The notes beneath the pieces were generated by a model, which was not told the origin of the DNA, ran no database searches, and saw nothing but the letters and a program-made list of their open reading frames with translations. DNA of 64,000 bases from the human T2T-CHM13v2.0 reference genome, Homo sapiens: NCBI RefSeq assembly GCF_009914755.1, contig NC_060937.1; one strand, written 5' to 3'. Within the stretch, counting starts at the first letter, position 1. Every line of letters begins with the position of its first letter. Below, one piece after another: positions 14,696 to 31,508 of the stretch. Made by a program: the position numbers and the translations under genes.

Positions 14696-14925
14696 TTTTT
14701 TCTTATTTTTCTATTTTTTTAATTATACTTTAAGTTCTAGGGTACATGTGGACAACGTGCAGGTTTGTTACATATGTATACATGTGCCATGTTGGTGTGC
14801 TGCACCCATTAACTCATGATTTACATTAAGTATATCTCCTAATGCTATCCTTCGCCCCTCCCACCACCCCACAACAGGCCCCGGTGTGTGATGTTCTCCT
14901 TCCTGTGTCCAAGTGTTCTCATTAT

Positions 14926-18710
<3,785 letters not shown>

Positions 18711-18773
18711 TATGATGTTAGCTGGTTATTTTGCTCGTTAGTTGATTCAGTTTCTTCCTAGCATCGACACTCT

Positions 18774-19760
18774 TTACAATTTGGCATGTTTTTCCAAATT
18801 TAGTGCCTCCTTCAGGAGCTCTTGTACGGCAGGCCTTGTGGTGACAAAATCTCTCAGCATTTGCTTGTCTGTAAAGGATTTTATTTCTCCTTCACTTATG
18901 AAGCTTAGTTTGGCTGGATATGAAATTCTGGGTTGAAAATTCTTTTCTTTAAGAATGTTGAATATTGGCCCCCACTCTCTGGCTTGTAGAATTTCTGCTG
19001 AGAGATCCGCTGTTAGTCTGATGGGTTTCCCTTTGAGGGTAACCCGACCTTTCTCTCTGGCTGCCCTTAACATTTTTTCCTTCATTTCAACTTTGGTGAA
19101 TCTGACAATTATGTGCCTTGGAGTTGCTCTTCTCAAGGAGTATCTTTGTGGCATTCTCTGTATTTCCTGAATTTGAATGTTGGCCTGCCTTGCTAGGTTG
19201 GGGAAGTTCTCCTGGATAAAATCCCGCAGAGTGGTTTCAAACTTGGTTCCATTCTCCCCGTCACTTTCAGGTACACCAATCAGATGTAGATTTGGTCTTT
19301 TCACATAGTCCCATATTTCTTGGAGGCTTTGTTCATTTCTTTTTATTCTTTTCTCTCTAAACTTTTCTTCTTGCTTCATTTCATTCATTTGATCTTCCAT
19401 CACTGATACCCTTTCTTCCAGTTCATCAAATCGGCTACTGAAGCTTATGCATTCGTCACGTAGTTCTCATGCCATGGTTTTCAGCTCCATCAGGTCATTT
19501 AAGGACTTCTCTGCATTGGTTATTCTAGTTAGCCATTCATCTAATCTTTTTTCAAGGTTTTTCACTTCTTTGCAATGGGTTCGAACTTCCTCCTTTAGCT
19601 TGGAGAAGTTTGGTCGTCTGAAGCCTTCTTCTCTCAACTCATCAAAGTCATTCTCTGTCCAGCTTTGTTCCGTTGCTAGTGAGGAGCTGCGTTCCTTTGG
19701 AGGAGAAGAGGCGCTCTGATTTTTAGAATTTTCAGTTTTTCTGCTCTGTTTTCTCCCCAT
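18774..19760 (-). pseudogene. L1 ORF1p (RNA-binding chaperone), frameshifted
   Basis: MGRKQSRKTENSK... in ORF 19467-19901; YVKRPNL...YPAKLS in ORF 18774-19403; frame break near 19450. Confidence 0.95.
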
Positions 19761-20790
19761 CTTTGTGGTTTTATCTATCTTTGGTCTTTGATGATGGTGA
19801 CATACAGATGGGGTTTTGGTGTGGATTTCCTTTCTGTTAGTTTTCCTTCTAACAGTCAGGATCCTCAGCTGCAGATCTGTTGGAGTTTGCCGGAGGTCCA
19901 CTCCAGACCCTGTTTGCCTGGGTATCAGCAGCGGAGGCTGCAGAACAGTGAATATTGCTGAACAGCAAATGTTGCTGCCTGATTGTTCCTCTGGAAGTTT
20001 CGTCTCAGAGGGGTACCCAGCTGTGTGAGGTGTCAGTCTGCCCCTGCTGGGGGGTGCCTCCCAGTTAGGCTACTCAGGGGTCAGGGACCCACTTGAGGAG
20101 GCAGTCTGTGTGTTCTCAGATCTCAAACTCCATGCTGGGAGAACCACTATTCTCTTCAAAGCTGTCAGACAGGGACATTTAAGTCTGCAGAGGTTTCTGT
20201 TGCCTTTTGTTTGGCTATGCCCTGCCCCCAGAGGTGGAATCTACAGAGGCAGGTAGGCCTCCTTGAGCTGTGGTGGGCTCCACCCAGTTCGAGCTGCTGG
20301 GCAGCTTTGTTTACCTACTCAAGCCTCAGCAATGGCGGGCACCCCTCCTCAGCCTTGCTGCTGCCTTGCAGTTTGATCACAGACTGCTGTGCTAGCAATG
20401 AGTGAGGCTCTGTGGGCATGGGACCCTCTGAGCCAGGCATGGAATATAATCTCCTGGTGTGCAGTTTGCTAAGACCATTGGAAAAGCACAGTATTAGGGT
20501 GGGAGTGACCCGATTTTCCAGGTGCCGTCTGTCACAACTTTGCTTGGCTAGTAAAGGGAATTCCCTGATCCTTTGCACTTCCCAGGTGAAGTGATGCCTC
20601 ACCCTGCTTCAGCTGACGCTCGGTGTGCTGCACCCACTGTACTGCACCCACTGTCTGACACTCTCCAGTGAGATGAACCTGGTACCTCAGTTGGAAATGC
20701 AGAAATCACCCAGCTTCTGCGTTGCTCTTGCTGGGAGCTGTAGACTGGAGCTCTTCCTATTTGGCCATCTCGGAACCGCCATGAATTTTC

Positions 20791-21255
20791 AAAGAAGCAT
20801 TATTCACTATAGTGAAAAAAATGTGTGGGAAAAAGGACAAATGTCTAGCAACTGATGAAAGCATAATTAAAATGTTGCATCGCCAGATGATGAATATTAT
20901 TCATCAATAAAGAGAAATGAAGTACAAATACATACTATGACATGGATGAACCTTGAAAACATTATGCTAAGTGAGAGAAACCGGCCACAAAAATGCCACA
21001 ATGGTATTCATTTACATGAAATGTCCATAAGACAATCTTATAGAGAAAGAAATTAGATCTCACCTTAGGCCTCTGGGGGAGGAGGGAAACAAAGAATAAT
21101 TGGTAATGTGTTTAGGTTTTATTTTGAGGAGATAAAATATTCTAAGATTGATTGTGGTGATGGTTGTATACCATTAGTGATTACACTAAAAACATTACAT
21201 TGCACACATAAAATTGGTGAATTGCATGGAATGTGAATTTTATCTCAATAAGGGT
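20791..21255 (+). mobile_element. 3' continuation of the interrupted L1M element
   Basis: aaagaagcattattcactatag...catggatgaaccttgaaaacattatgctaagtga...tatctcaataa. Confidence 0.9.
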
Positions 21256-21464
21256 GTTACTCTGTCTGTGTGTGTAAGGTGTCTTACACAGAGAGAAAGA
21301 GAGAGAGAGAGAGCAAGAGGAAAATTACTCTTCCAAACTCAGTTTGGTAGAAGTTTCTCAATTGAGAATAAAAATTCTTTTATGTAGAAGCCTCATCTAG
21401 ATGTGAGTTATTCATTGTATCACCATCGTACCAATAAACCAGTGAGAAAAAAATGATAGAGTGA

Positions 21465-21625
21465 AAAACAGCATCATGGAGAGACTTGGTTTGCAGTCAC
21501 GTTGAGCTATTAGGCTTTACTTTAGGCAGGTCATTTACCATCACTGCACTTCAGTTGTCTCACCTGTAATACAGGGTGTTTCAACCAGAAAACTTCTGAG
21601 ATTCCCTCTAAAACCCAAATTCTAG
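21465..21625 (+). mobile_element. MIR SINE
   Basis: Core motif actttaggcaggtcattta...cttcagttgtctcacctgtaa. Confidence 0.65.
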
Positions 21626-23372
21626 CATTTAAATTGAATGATTGAATTTACACTTTCATGATCAGAATACTATTTTCCTGTTCAGTATGTCTTATAGAAT
21701 TTTTCCCATTTAATGCTAAACAATGTGAGCCCTTTGTCCATATTTTTTTAGATGTTACCTTATTTCTAAGTCAGGACAAATAACAATCTATGATTTGAAT
21801 ACTCATTGCTATTATTTACTACCTGCCAATTGTCTTGGGGTAAAACATGGTGGAAATAAATAGCACAGAGATCTTCATTTTAGAGGTACAGTGTGGCTCT
21901 CAAATAGTGTTAAGTTTGGACTTGGCCTACTGTTAAGAAATTAGTCCCAATGTTCATGACATTTGCACAGATTTTAGAGAGTCTGAATATCGGTTGGCCA
22001 GTAACAGATATTTGTTATTCACACTGCTCTTGACACATAATTTATTTCTAAACATAAAATAGCAACTTCCAGCCATGCAGAAGAAAGTGGTTCCTATATA
22101 TTACTAAGAAATTGAATACTGTGACAATGGAGTGGGGAATGGACTTTAGATGGAGAATACTTTAAATTGTGCGTAGTTGTCCATAATATTGAGACTGAGG
22201 GATGGATGAAGGCAAACTGTTTAAAGTCTTCTCACCATAGCAAAGGTCAGTGCCTCCATAAAGTGGGAGAAGACGTACTTTAGACATTTTATTCCTAATA
22301 GTTGAGTCCATTATTATGTAAGCTATTAATGCTGATGGTGGAAAATCTGGAAATTGAATATCTGGAATTGAGTTTCATGCATAATCACGAAAACTTCCTT
22401 CAGGCATTCTCATGTATCGGATTTTTCAAAAAGTTCCATTAGAATTATATCCATTCTGTTTATGTTTTTTGAATTTTGTAACTATTAAATAACAACTAGA
22501 ATAGCTCACATTTTGCTTTAAGATTCTCTCTTTGCCCAAATACAAAGAGTCATTTTGTCTGCAAAGCACGCATTACTCCTGAAGCAGAGTTTCTTTCTGA
22601 ACTGTCTGATTCTGTGACTTGCAAGGTAGAGGTCAGGCTGTGAGGAACCCTTAGAGAGGGAAATACTCTGTAGTCTATAGAGAGTCACAGTAAAGGCGTC
22701 CTGAGTAGAGAATGGTGCATCCTTAGGGAGCTAGGGGCATTTGAAGACATCTTGCTGTCAGACCCTTCTCCCTCATCTCCTACTCTGAATAATTATACAC
22801 AAATAAAACCAAGCCACAATAAACACTCACTGAAGGCTTAAGTGGACAAAATGTTATAAAGGAAACCTGACTATCAAGATTAAAAAAAAAGAGAGAGAGA
22901 GAGAAATCCACACTTTTCTTTGAATGATGTTTACATGCTGACTGTTTATACAAGGGCTACAGTGGTTAATTCTCATTCGATGACACCCAGACCTATCCCA
23001 GTAATACTGGGGCTTTGTTGGGGAGAAGAATGTCCCTAACTATGGGACTCCAAGCATTTCAGCCCACCATAACTTTGAGAAAGTTTTAGTGATGTCCTTT
23101 AATTTCCATTTCTAAAAAAGTACAGAAATGGGTGATAATTACTTGTGACCCATGGGCCACATTTCTATAAATTACTTGAAAATTTGCTAAAGATCGTAAC
23201 AGTTGTTGGAAATAGGTGTTGGGTTTATTATACCACCCTCTCTTTACTTTTATGTCAACATGCAATTTTTTATAATAAAAATCAAAAAAAATTGTCAAGA
23301 TAGCTACAATTCATGTCTTCATTCATTACAGAGTATTAAACATGAGCTTGGGAGTTGAAAAAGCTTAGTCTC

Positions 23373-23718
<346 letters not shown>

Positions 23719-23744
23719 TCACATTATGAAGACGTCTCCAGGAT

Positions 23745-23850
23745 TGCAACCCCACTGTGGGCATATACCCAAAAGAAAGGCAATCAGTCTATGGAAGAGA
23801 TATGTGCACTCCCGTGTTTGCTGCAGCCCCGTTCACAGTAGCCATAGACT
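23745..23850 (+). mobile_element. Short L1MA 3' fragment
   Basis: ggcatatacccaaaagaaaggcaatcagt...gttcacagtagcca. Confidence 0.75.
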
Positions 23851-23949
23851 TTTAGTGTTGGAAGACAGTTTAGAATCATTTATCTTAAACTGTCTATGAG
23901 TGTAGAAATGAGTGACTTCTACACAATTACTTTCTAAATGCCCTATAGA

Positions 23950-24293
23950 GGCTGGGCACAGTGGCTCACGCCTATAATCCCAGCAGTTTGGGAGGTCGAC
24001 GTGGGAAGATCCTTTGGGCCTAGGAGTTCAACATCAGCCTGGACAACATAGTGAGACCCTGTCTTTACCAAAAATACAGAAAAGAAAATATTAGGCAGGC
24101 ATGGTAGCATATGCCTATAGTCCAGCTACTTAGGAGGCTGAGGGAGGAGGATTGAGTGAGCCTGGAAGTTCCAGACTACAGTGAGCTATGATTGTGCCAC
24201 TGTACTCCAGCCTAGGTGACAGAGCAAGATCCTGTCTTCAAAGAAATAATTACTTAATTAATTGCATTTAATAAAAATAAAAAATAAATAAAT
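23950..24293 (+). mobile_element. AluJ
   Basis: Diverged dimer with J features (ggaggattg..tgagcctgg, gtgagctatgatt). Confidence 0.9.
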
Positions 24294-24306
24294 ACCATGT
24301 ACATCA

Positions 24307-24395
24307 CAGTGTCTCATCTGTGGCACTGCTGATATCTCGGGCTGGATTATTCTCTGTTGAGGCTGTCCTGCACATTGTAGAATGATGACCAACAT
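24307..24395. mobile_element. MER20 fragment
   Basis: ggcactgctgatat..gggctggattattct...ggctgtcctgcacattgtagaatg. Confidence 0.65.
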
Positions 24396-24396
24396 T

Positions 24397-24698
24397 TGAG
24401 CTGAGACTTCATTCTTTTCCTACCTTCAGACTTGAAATAAAACATCAGCTCTTCCTAGGCCTCAAGGCTGGCAGTATTCAGACTGAAACTACACCGCAGG
24501 CTCTCCTGGGGCTACAGCTTGCCAACACACCATACAAGCTGTAGGACTTCTCAGCCTCTATAACTGCATGAACCAATTCCTTATAATAAATCTTCTCTCA
24601 ATAGATGGATGGATGGATACAGACATAGATGTTGATATGAGTATAGACATATAGATACATATCTCCTATTGGTTCTGTTTATCTGGAGAACCCTGATT
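24397..24698 (+). mobile_element. MLT2 (ERVL) LTR 3' part
   Basis: ggacttctcagcctctataactgcatgaaccaattcc...ctcctattggttctgtttatctggagaaccctga. Confidence 0.8.
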
Positions 24699-26338
24699 GG
24701 TAGGACTCCATAACACCATGAAAGATACACTGTTATATATCCATTCTACAGATCAAACAATTGAATCATAAAGGAGGTCTAGTAACAAGTTTAAGGATAT
24801 ACTGTTTGAAAGAGGCTGAGCCAAGATTTAAATCCAGGTCTGTCTGACTCTATCTTAATCCTTACATAACTCTTTTTTTTTCCCTAAAACACAATGGCTA
24901 TTTCTGTTAAAAGTATCATGATTTTTCCCTGTAAATGGGCTCTAGTCCTCAGAAAGAACTTTATCTTCCTCTGCCTTTCTAACACTAATGCATCTTCCAA
25001 ATCTACTCCTGTCTCTCTCTTTATTTATATTCCAGCTGCTACAACCCTAATTGAATCTCTGAATACATCACGGTTGCAAAAAGCATGAAAACTGAATTGC
25101 ATGCCTTCCTCCTTTTCATTCTTCCACTGTGGTTTATTAGTGCTCCTAAGAAGCACATTGATTGCATCATTCCACAGCTCAAATGCCCTAAGTGGATTCC
25201 CACTGCCTTGCCCAAGGGTGTAGCAGGACTGATATTCTTCTAATTTGCCCCCACGCTGAGGGGGCAGGGCCCATGCTGCACTAGTGGTTAAATATTTTCT
25301 GTATCACCAGAGTACATCAACATACATCTTGGGAGTTTTCTGAATCTAAACATACACTCCATTTGAAATTCTTAAGTGACAACTGGGCACCTGTCTTCCG
25401 AAAAAGATTCCCTGATGTGTTTTCTCTATTGTTATTTATCCATTTAGAGGGTTAATTTCAAGATGACTATAATATCATCATCTCAGTTCTGTTCTATTTT
25501 TCCAACCTTTTGACCCATTGATATGCTGTAGAAATTCCCTACTCCAGATAAGCTTTTGCTCCAGCCTCTGAGCACACCCTTTGATTTCCCACTCTCTGTA
25601 CGTTTCTGTGTGAGATCACATAACTGGAGGGGCCTCTGAGTCCTTTGCTATTTATCAAAATCCAACTCGTTCTCATGTCTGCTCAAAGCCTACTTCGCCA
25701 GTGAATCTTCTAGACCATCGGGGCCAAACATTATCCTTTCTACTACTTGACTCTAGTTATTTCATTGCTCACTAGGTGGTTGGTCTGCAGGATAGAATAT
25801 GACATGAGTGTAAACAAGGTTAAAAGGCCGATAAATGCCACCCTAGGAAGAGATCATTGCACGATTCAAGGTGAGAACAGACAACACAATACATTTCGAG
25901 TTGTATGGTGTTTACTTACACCAGGAGAAGGGTATGTGTGTGTTAAGATCCAGCTCCTTGGCCTTGGTCCTCCGTGGCCAGTGGATTCACCGTGGAGCTA
26001 ACCATGCATTTCACTTACTGCTGCCATGGAAGGATTCCCATCTTTTCCCCTGGGGTCTGAAATACAGCAAGCTAGAATCATCCCAGGGGGCCATCAAGGC
26101 ATGCATTTAGGCAAAAGAAAGGGATACATATTGAGCCCAGAATAGAGAAAGATATTCCCAGACAAGATGATGAGCCCAGACTGGAGAGCTTTATGACTCT
26201 TGATAAGAAAATGTTCCAGGCCCAAGTCTCTCTCATGTGACCAAACAGATATTGCAAGACTGTAGGCATGAAGTTGACTTTCCTGATAGTAATAATAGTA
26301 CTGCTCTTATAGTTTTAACTATGCATGTACATACTATA

Positions 26339-26622
26339 TTGTTTTTGTTTGTTTGTTTGTTTTTTTGAGGCAGAGTCTCACTCTGGCACCCAGGCTGGAG
26401 TGCAATGGCCTGACCTTGGCTCACTGCAACCTCCGCCTCCCAGGTTCAAGCGATTCTCCTGCCTCGGCCTCCTGAGTAGCTGGGATTACAGGCACCCACG
26501 ACCACGCCCAGCTAATTTTCATATTTTTAGTAGAGACGGTGTTTCACCATGTTGGTCAGGCTGGCCTTGAACTCCTGACCTCAGGTGATCCACCTGCCTC
26601 GGCCTCCCAAAATGCTGGGATT
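26339..26622 (-). mobile_element. AluSx-type, about 25 nt 5'-truncated, (CAAA)n tail
   Basis: Alu homology ends at gctgggatt; tail reads (tttg)n. Confidence 0.93.
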
Positions 26623-27361
26623 TTCATATACATATGTCTTTTCACCTCAACTATACTGTACACCACCTGGGTAACATAACACCAACTTAGTTACTTCTAT
26701 GTTTCTGAAAGGATATTATATTTGGAGATATTCAGTAAACATTTATCAATAAAAAATGCTGAAGACGGAGGTCCAAGTTAAGGAAATTAGTATCGGGTGT
26801 AAGTATGCTGAAAAGCCGAAAGACAACAGGAAGGCAGGCCTTACACTTGAGACCCTCCACTCCATGTCAGCACTTATTTTCACAACCTTCCCCACCACAT
26901 GCATTTCCAACGCCTCCTCCTCTGCCAAGTGCAGAGATTCTAGAATCCTTTCTGCACCTGGAAGCTACAAAAACATTTTACGTCCTTTCTTAATTGAAAA
27001 ATAAATGACACAAATTGCCCTTTGCAATTGCATAATATACTTAACAAAAATCATACAGATCACTTCATCTATTGCCTTAGCTCATTTTGTTTTTTTGTGA
27101 AAAACATCTAATAAAGTAATTTGAAAATTTATGACTGTATAAAAATGTTTAATACCACTTTGTGCCAGATTTGTTACGCCAAGTTGAGATTTCAAAGTTA
27201 ATGACAGGCTTTAATTAGAACAATTTCGGGTTTGCATAGTTTAAATTAAAGTAACGTTGAAGAAATTCAAGAGCTACATTATTTTGCTATTTAATGTAGA
27301 AAATATTTCCCTGAAATTACTTTCTGTCTAACTCAGACATTTATATAAACTGCCCTTATAA

Positions 27362-27720
<359 letters not shown>

Positions 27721-27904
27721 CATTATCAATAGTTTTTTAAAAGTTTAGGCATCTTTTTTCTGTGTGTGTGTGTTTTTTTAATTAATATCTCCCCAGAGGA
27801 ACATAGCACTACTGAGGGCTATCACAACCTATTGCAATCTTTGGTAACAGCATTAAGCGTTCTTGGTCTCACAGCCACGTGAACCTTCTTTGAAATGACC
27901 TACC

Positions 27905-28632
27905 CCTCAAAAAACTAAAGCTAGAACTACCATATGATCTAGCAATCCCACTGTTAGGTGTCTATCCAAAGGAAAGAAAACCTGTATATTGAAGAGATGC
28001 TGCACTTCTGTGTTTATTGCGACACTACTCACAATAACGAATAGTGTTGCAATAAACCAAGCCAAGAGATGGGATGATCCTAAGTGTCCATCAGCAGATA
28101 AACGGATAAAGAAAATGTATGATATGTGCAAAATTGGATATTATTCAGCCATAAAAAATGAAATCCTTTCATTTGCAGCCATACGAATGGAACTAGAGGA
28201 CAAATTGAATATGGATGAAATAATCCAGGCACAGAAAGACAAATATTGCATGCTCTCGTGCATATGTGGGAGATTAAAAAGTGAATCTCATGGAGGTAGA
28301 GACTAGAATGTGGTTACCAGAGGCTGAAAAGGGACAGGGGAAAAGCGGATGAAGAGAAGTTGGTTAAGGGTTGTAAAACTACAGCTGGATAGAAAGAGCA
28401 AGTTCTAATATCTGGTAGTATGAAAGGGAAATTATTATTAACAACAATTTATTGCCTATTTCAAAATGGCTAGAAGAAAAGAATAGTAATGTTCCCAACA
28501 CAAAGGAAATATAAACCTTTGAGGTGATGGAAATCCCAATTATTCTGACTGACTTGACAGTTACACATTGTATACCTGTGTCAAAATATCACATGTACCC
28601 CAAAAATATATACAACCATGATGTGGCAGTTT
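27905..28632 (+). mobile_element. L1MA 3' end
   Basis: ctcaaaaaactaaagctagaactaccatatgatc...aaatatcacatgtacccc. Confidence 0.88.
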
Positions 28633-28645
28633 AAAAAATGCGAAG

Positions 28646-30220
28646 GTTGATTAGATCCCATTTGTCAATTTTTGCTTTTTTGCGATTGCTTTTGGCCTTT
28701 TTGTCATAAAATCTTTGCCCGTGCCTATGTCCAAAGTGGTACTGCCTAGGTTTTCTTCTACAGTTTTTATAATCTGGTGTTTTACATTTAAGTCTTTAAT
28801 CCATCGTGAGTTGATTTTTGTATATGGTACAAGGAAAAAGCCCAGTTTCAGTTTCTTGTATATGGCTAGCTAGTTATCACAGCACCATTTATTAAATAAG
28901 GAATCCTTTCCTCATTACTTGTTTTTGTCAGGTTTGTTGAAGATCAGATAGTTGTAGGTGTGTGGTCTTATTTCTGGGTTCTCTATTTGTTCCATTGTTC
29001 TATTTGTCTGTTCTTATACCAGTGCCATGCTGTTTTGGTTACTGTATCCCTATAGTACAATTTGAAGTCAGGTAGCGTGATGCCTCTAGCTTTGTTCTTT
29101 TTGCCTAGGATTGCCTTGGATATTCGGGCTCTTTTTTGGTTTCATACGAATTTTAAAATGGCTTTTTCTAGTTTTATGAATAATGTCAATGGTAGTTTAA
29201 TGAGAATAGCACTCTCCACAGCAAAAAAAAACTTGTCAACAGAGGAAACAGACAACCTACAAAATGGGAAAAAAATCTTTGCAAACTATGCGTCTGACAA
29301 AGGTCTAATATCCAGCATCTATTATGAACTTAAACAAATTTAAAAGAAAACAAAAACAAAACCAAAAAGATTAAGAAGTGGGCAAAGGACATGAACAGAC
29401 ACTTCTCAAAAGAAGACATACATGTGGCCAACAATCATATCAAAAAAGCTCAACATCACTGATCATTAGAGAGATGCAAATCAAAACCACAATGAGATAC
29501 CATTTTACACCAGTCAGAATGGCTGTTATTAAAATGTCAAAAAATAACAGATGCTGGTAAGGTTGTGGAGAAAAAAAAAACACTTATACACTGTTGGTGG
29601 GAGTGTAAATTCGTTCAACCATTGTGGAAGACAGTGTGGCAATTCCTCAAAGATCTAAAAACAGAAATACCGTTCAATGCAGCAATCTCATTACTGCATA
29701 TACATTCAAAGAAATATATATCATTCTAGTATGAAGACCCATGCACATGCATGCTCACCGCAGCACTATTCACAATAGCAAAGACATGGAATCAACCTAA
29801 ATGCCTATCAATGACAGACTGGATAAAGAAAATGTAGTACATATACACCATGACACACTATGCAGACATAAAAAAGAACGAGGTCAGGTTCTTTGCAGGG
29901 ACATTGATGGAGCTGGAGGCCATTATCCTTAGCAAACGAATGCAGACACAGAAAATAAAATACCACAGGTTCTCACTTGTAAGTGGGAGCTAAATGATGA
30001 GAATACATGGGCGCATGGTGGGGAACAACACACACTGGGGCCTATTGGAGGGCGAAGGGTGGGAGGAGGGAGAGGATCAGGAAAAATAACTAACGGGCAC
30101 TAGGCTTAATATCTGGGTGATGAAATAATCTGTACAATAAATCCCCATTACACACATTTACCTGTGTAACAAAACTGCACATCCTGCACATGTACTTCTG
30201 AACTTAAAATAAAAGTAAAA
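28646..30220 (+). mobile_element. 5'-inverted (twin-primed) L1PA13-16-type insertion
   Basis: Antisense ORF2 at 28646-29212, sense from about 29213 to the poly(A); degenerate TSD aaaaaatgcgaag / aaaaaatacaaag. Confidence 0.9.
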
Positions 30221-30308
30221 AAAAAATACAAAGAATAAATAAATGGACAAAAAAGAGTTTAGGGCCTAGATATTTAGCAGTTTTATACTAAGGGACTGTT
30301 TTCTAATT

Positions 30309-30412
30309 GATCCCCAGCCCTCCAGGGGTTGAGGCGTTATTTATCCGTTCTGGCTTATTTGATCCCCAGCCCTCCAGGGGTTGAGGCATTATTTAACCGT
30401 TCTGGCTTATTT
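30309..30412. repeat. 52-bp tandem duplication (2 copies)
   Basis: gatccccagccctccaggggttgaggc... begins at 30309 and at 30361; 2 mismatches. Confidence 0.95.
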
Positions 30413-30791
30413 TAGTTCTCCTTTCTTCTGAAGTGTGCTTGGCATCTCTCAAATGGTGCCAAGCCTCAGTGCGTCTTGGGCTGAAGCAAAAACGTTGTCC
30501 CCTTGCATGCTCACACCACCTCCCTTCTCATATATGAAACTGCTTGGGTTGAAATAATTAAATTTTATCTTTAATTCCCAATTTGTGCCTCTAGTAACCA
30601 GCAATCAGAAATTACAAGATAATATACCCAGCTCACCTTTGAAAAGTTCCATTGAGGAAAGAACTACCAAGGGTGATTTCCCATCCTGTTCATGCAAAAG
30701 AGACAATTGCTAGAACACCATGCAGTTACGTACCTCCTAAAACTAACTATTGCCAAGAAGAAAACAAATGACTGAATTAAGCCTGGTTTTT

Positions 30792-31508
30792 TCTTAATGC
30801 CAAAAGTCATTTTATTTACCTATTCTCCTTAGAAATGGAGTCCCCAACTACCCATTCAAAAGAAATCAGATATAAAATAAACAGACATCAGACGATATGA
30901 TATCCTTACTTGTGCCATGTTTTCCAAGACCGGTGCATATTTTTAGATATCTTTTATTTGCCCAGCCATCTGCATGACATGGGTATTTATTAGTATGACT
31001 AGCTGGTGCTCAATGTCAAGCAAAAATATTTTAGTTTGAGCGATGCTTTTCTTTTCCCCCCTCCACTGCGGGGACTGGACAGTGACGCAAGGCATTTATG
31101 TAAAAAAGATTCTCCCTCCTTTCATATTTATAGTAGCAAATAAATTGAAAAAATAAAAAACTAAATTTGATGCACAGTAAAATGAGCAGTAAAATATGAT
31201 TTTACATTTTAAATATTTGGGAGAGTTAATTTGTTAGCTAAATAATTCAAAGGAAAGAGATGATTCAACTGGTCATAATCACCCCGATAGATATTATTAC
31301 TAATCTTAATTGTTTATTACATGTCTTTCTTAATGGATCTAATGTTTCAATTTTTTCCCTACTGGTAGAGAATAATAACAGAAGTAATTTTTATATTATA
31401 CCCTTGGAGAAATAAAGTTGAAACAGAATTAGAAATATTTCTCAAACAACTACATTACAATATAAATTATACTAATTCATTTTGTGTAGACATTTTAAAT
31501 CATGAAAA
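30792..31508 (-). pseudogene. Retroposed non-TE fragment (5'-truncated 3'UTR retrocopy or orphan L1 transduction)
   Basis: 14-bp TSD taagcctggttttt (30778-30791, 31509-31522); TTTT/AA target site; minus-strand AATAAA at 30811-30816, 18 nt from the T-run. Confidence 0.8.
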
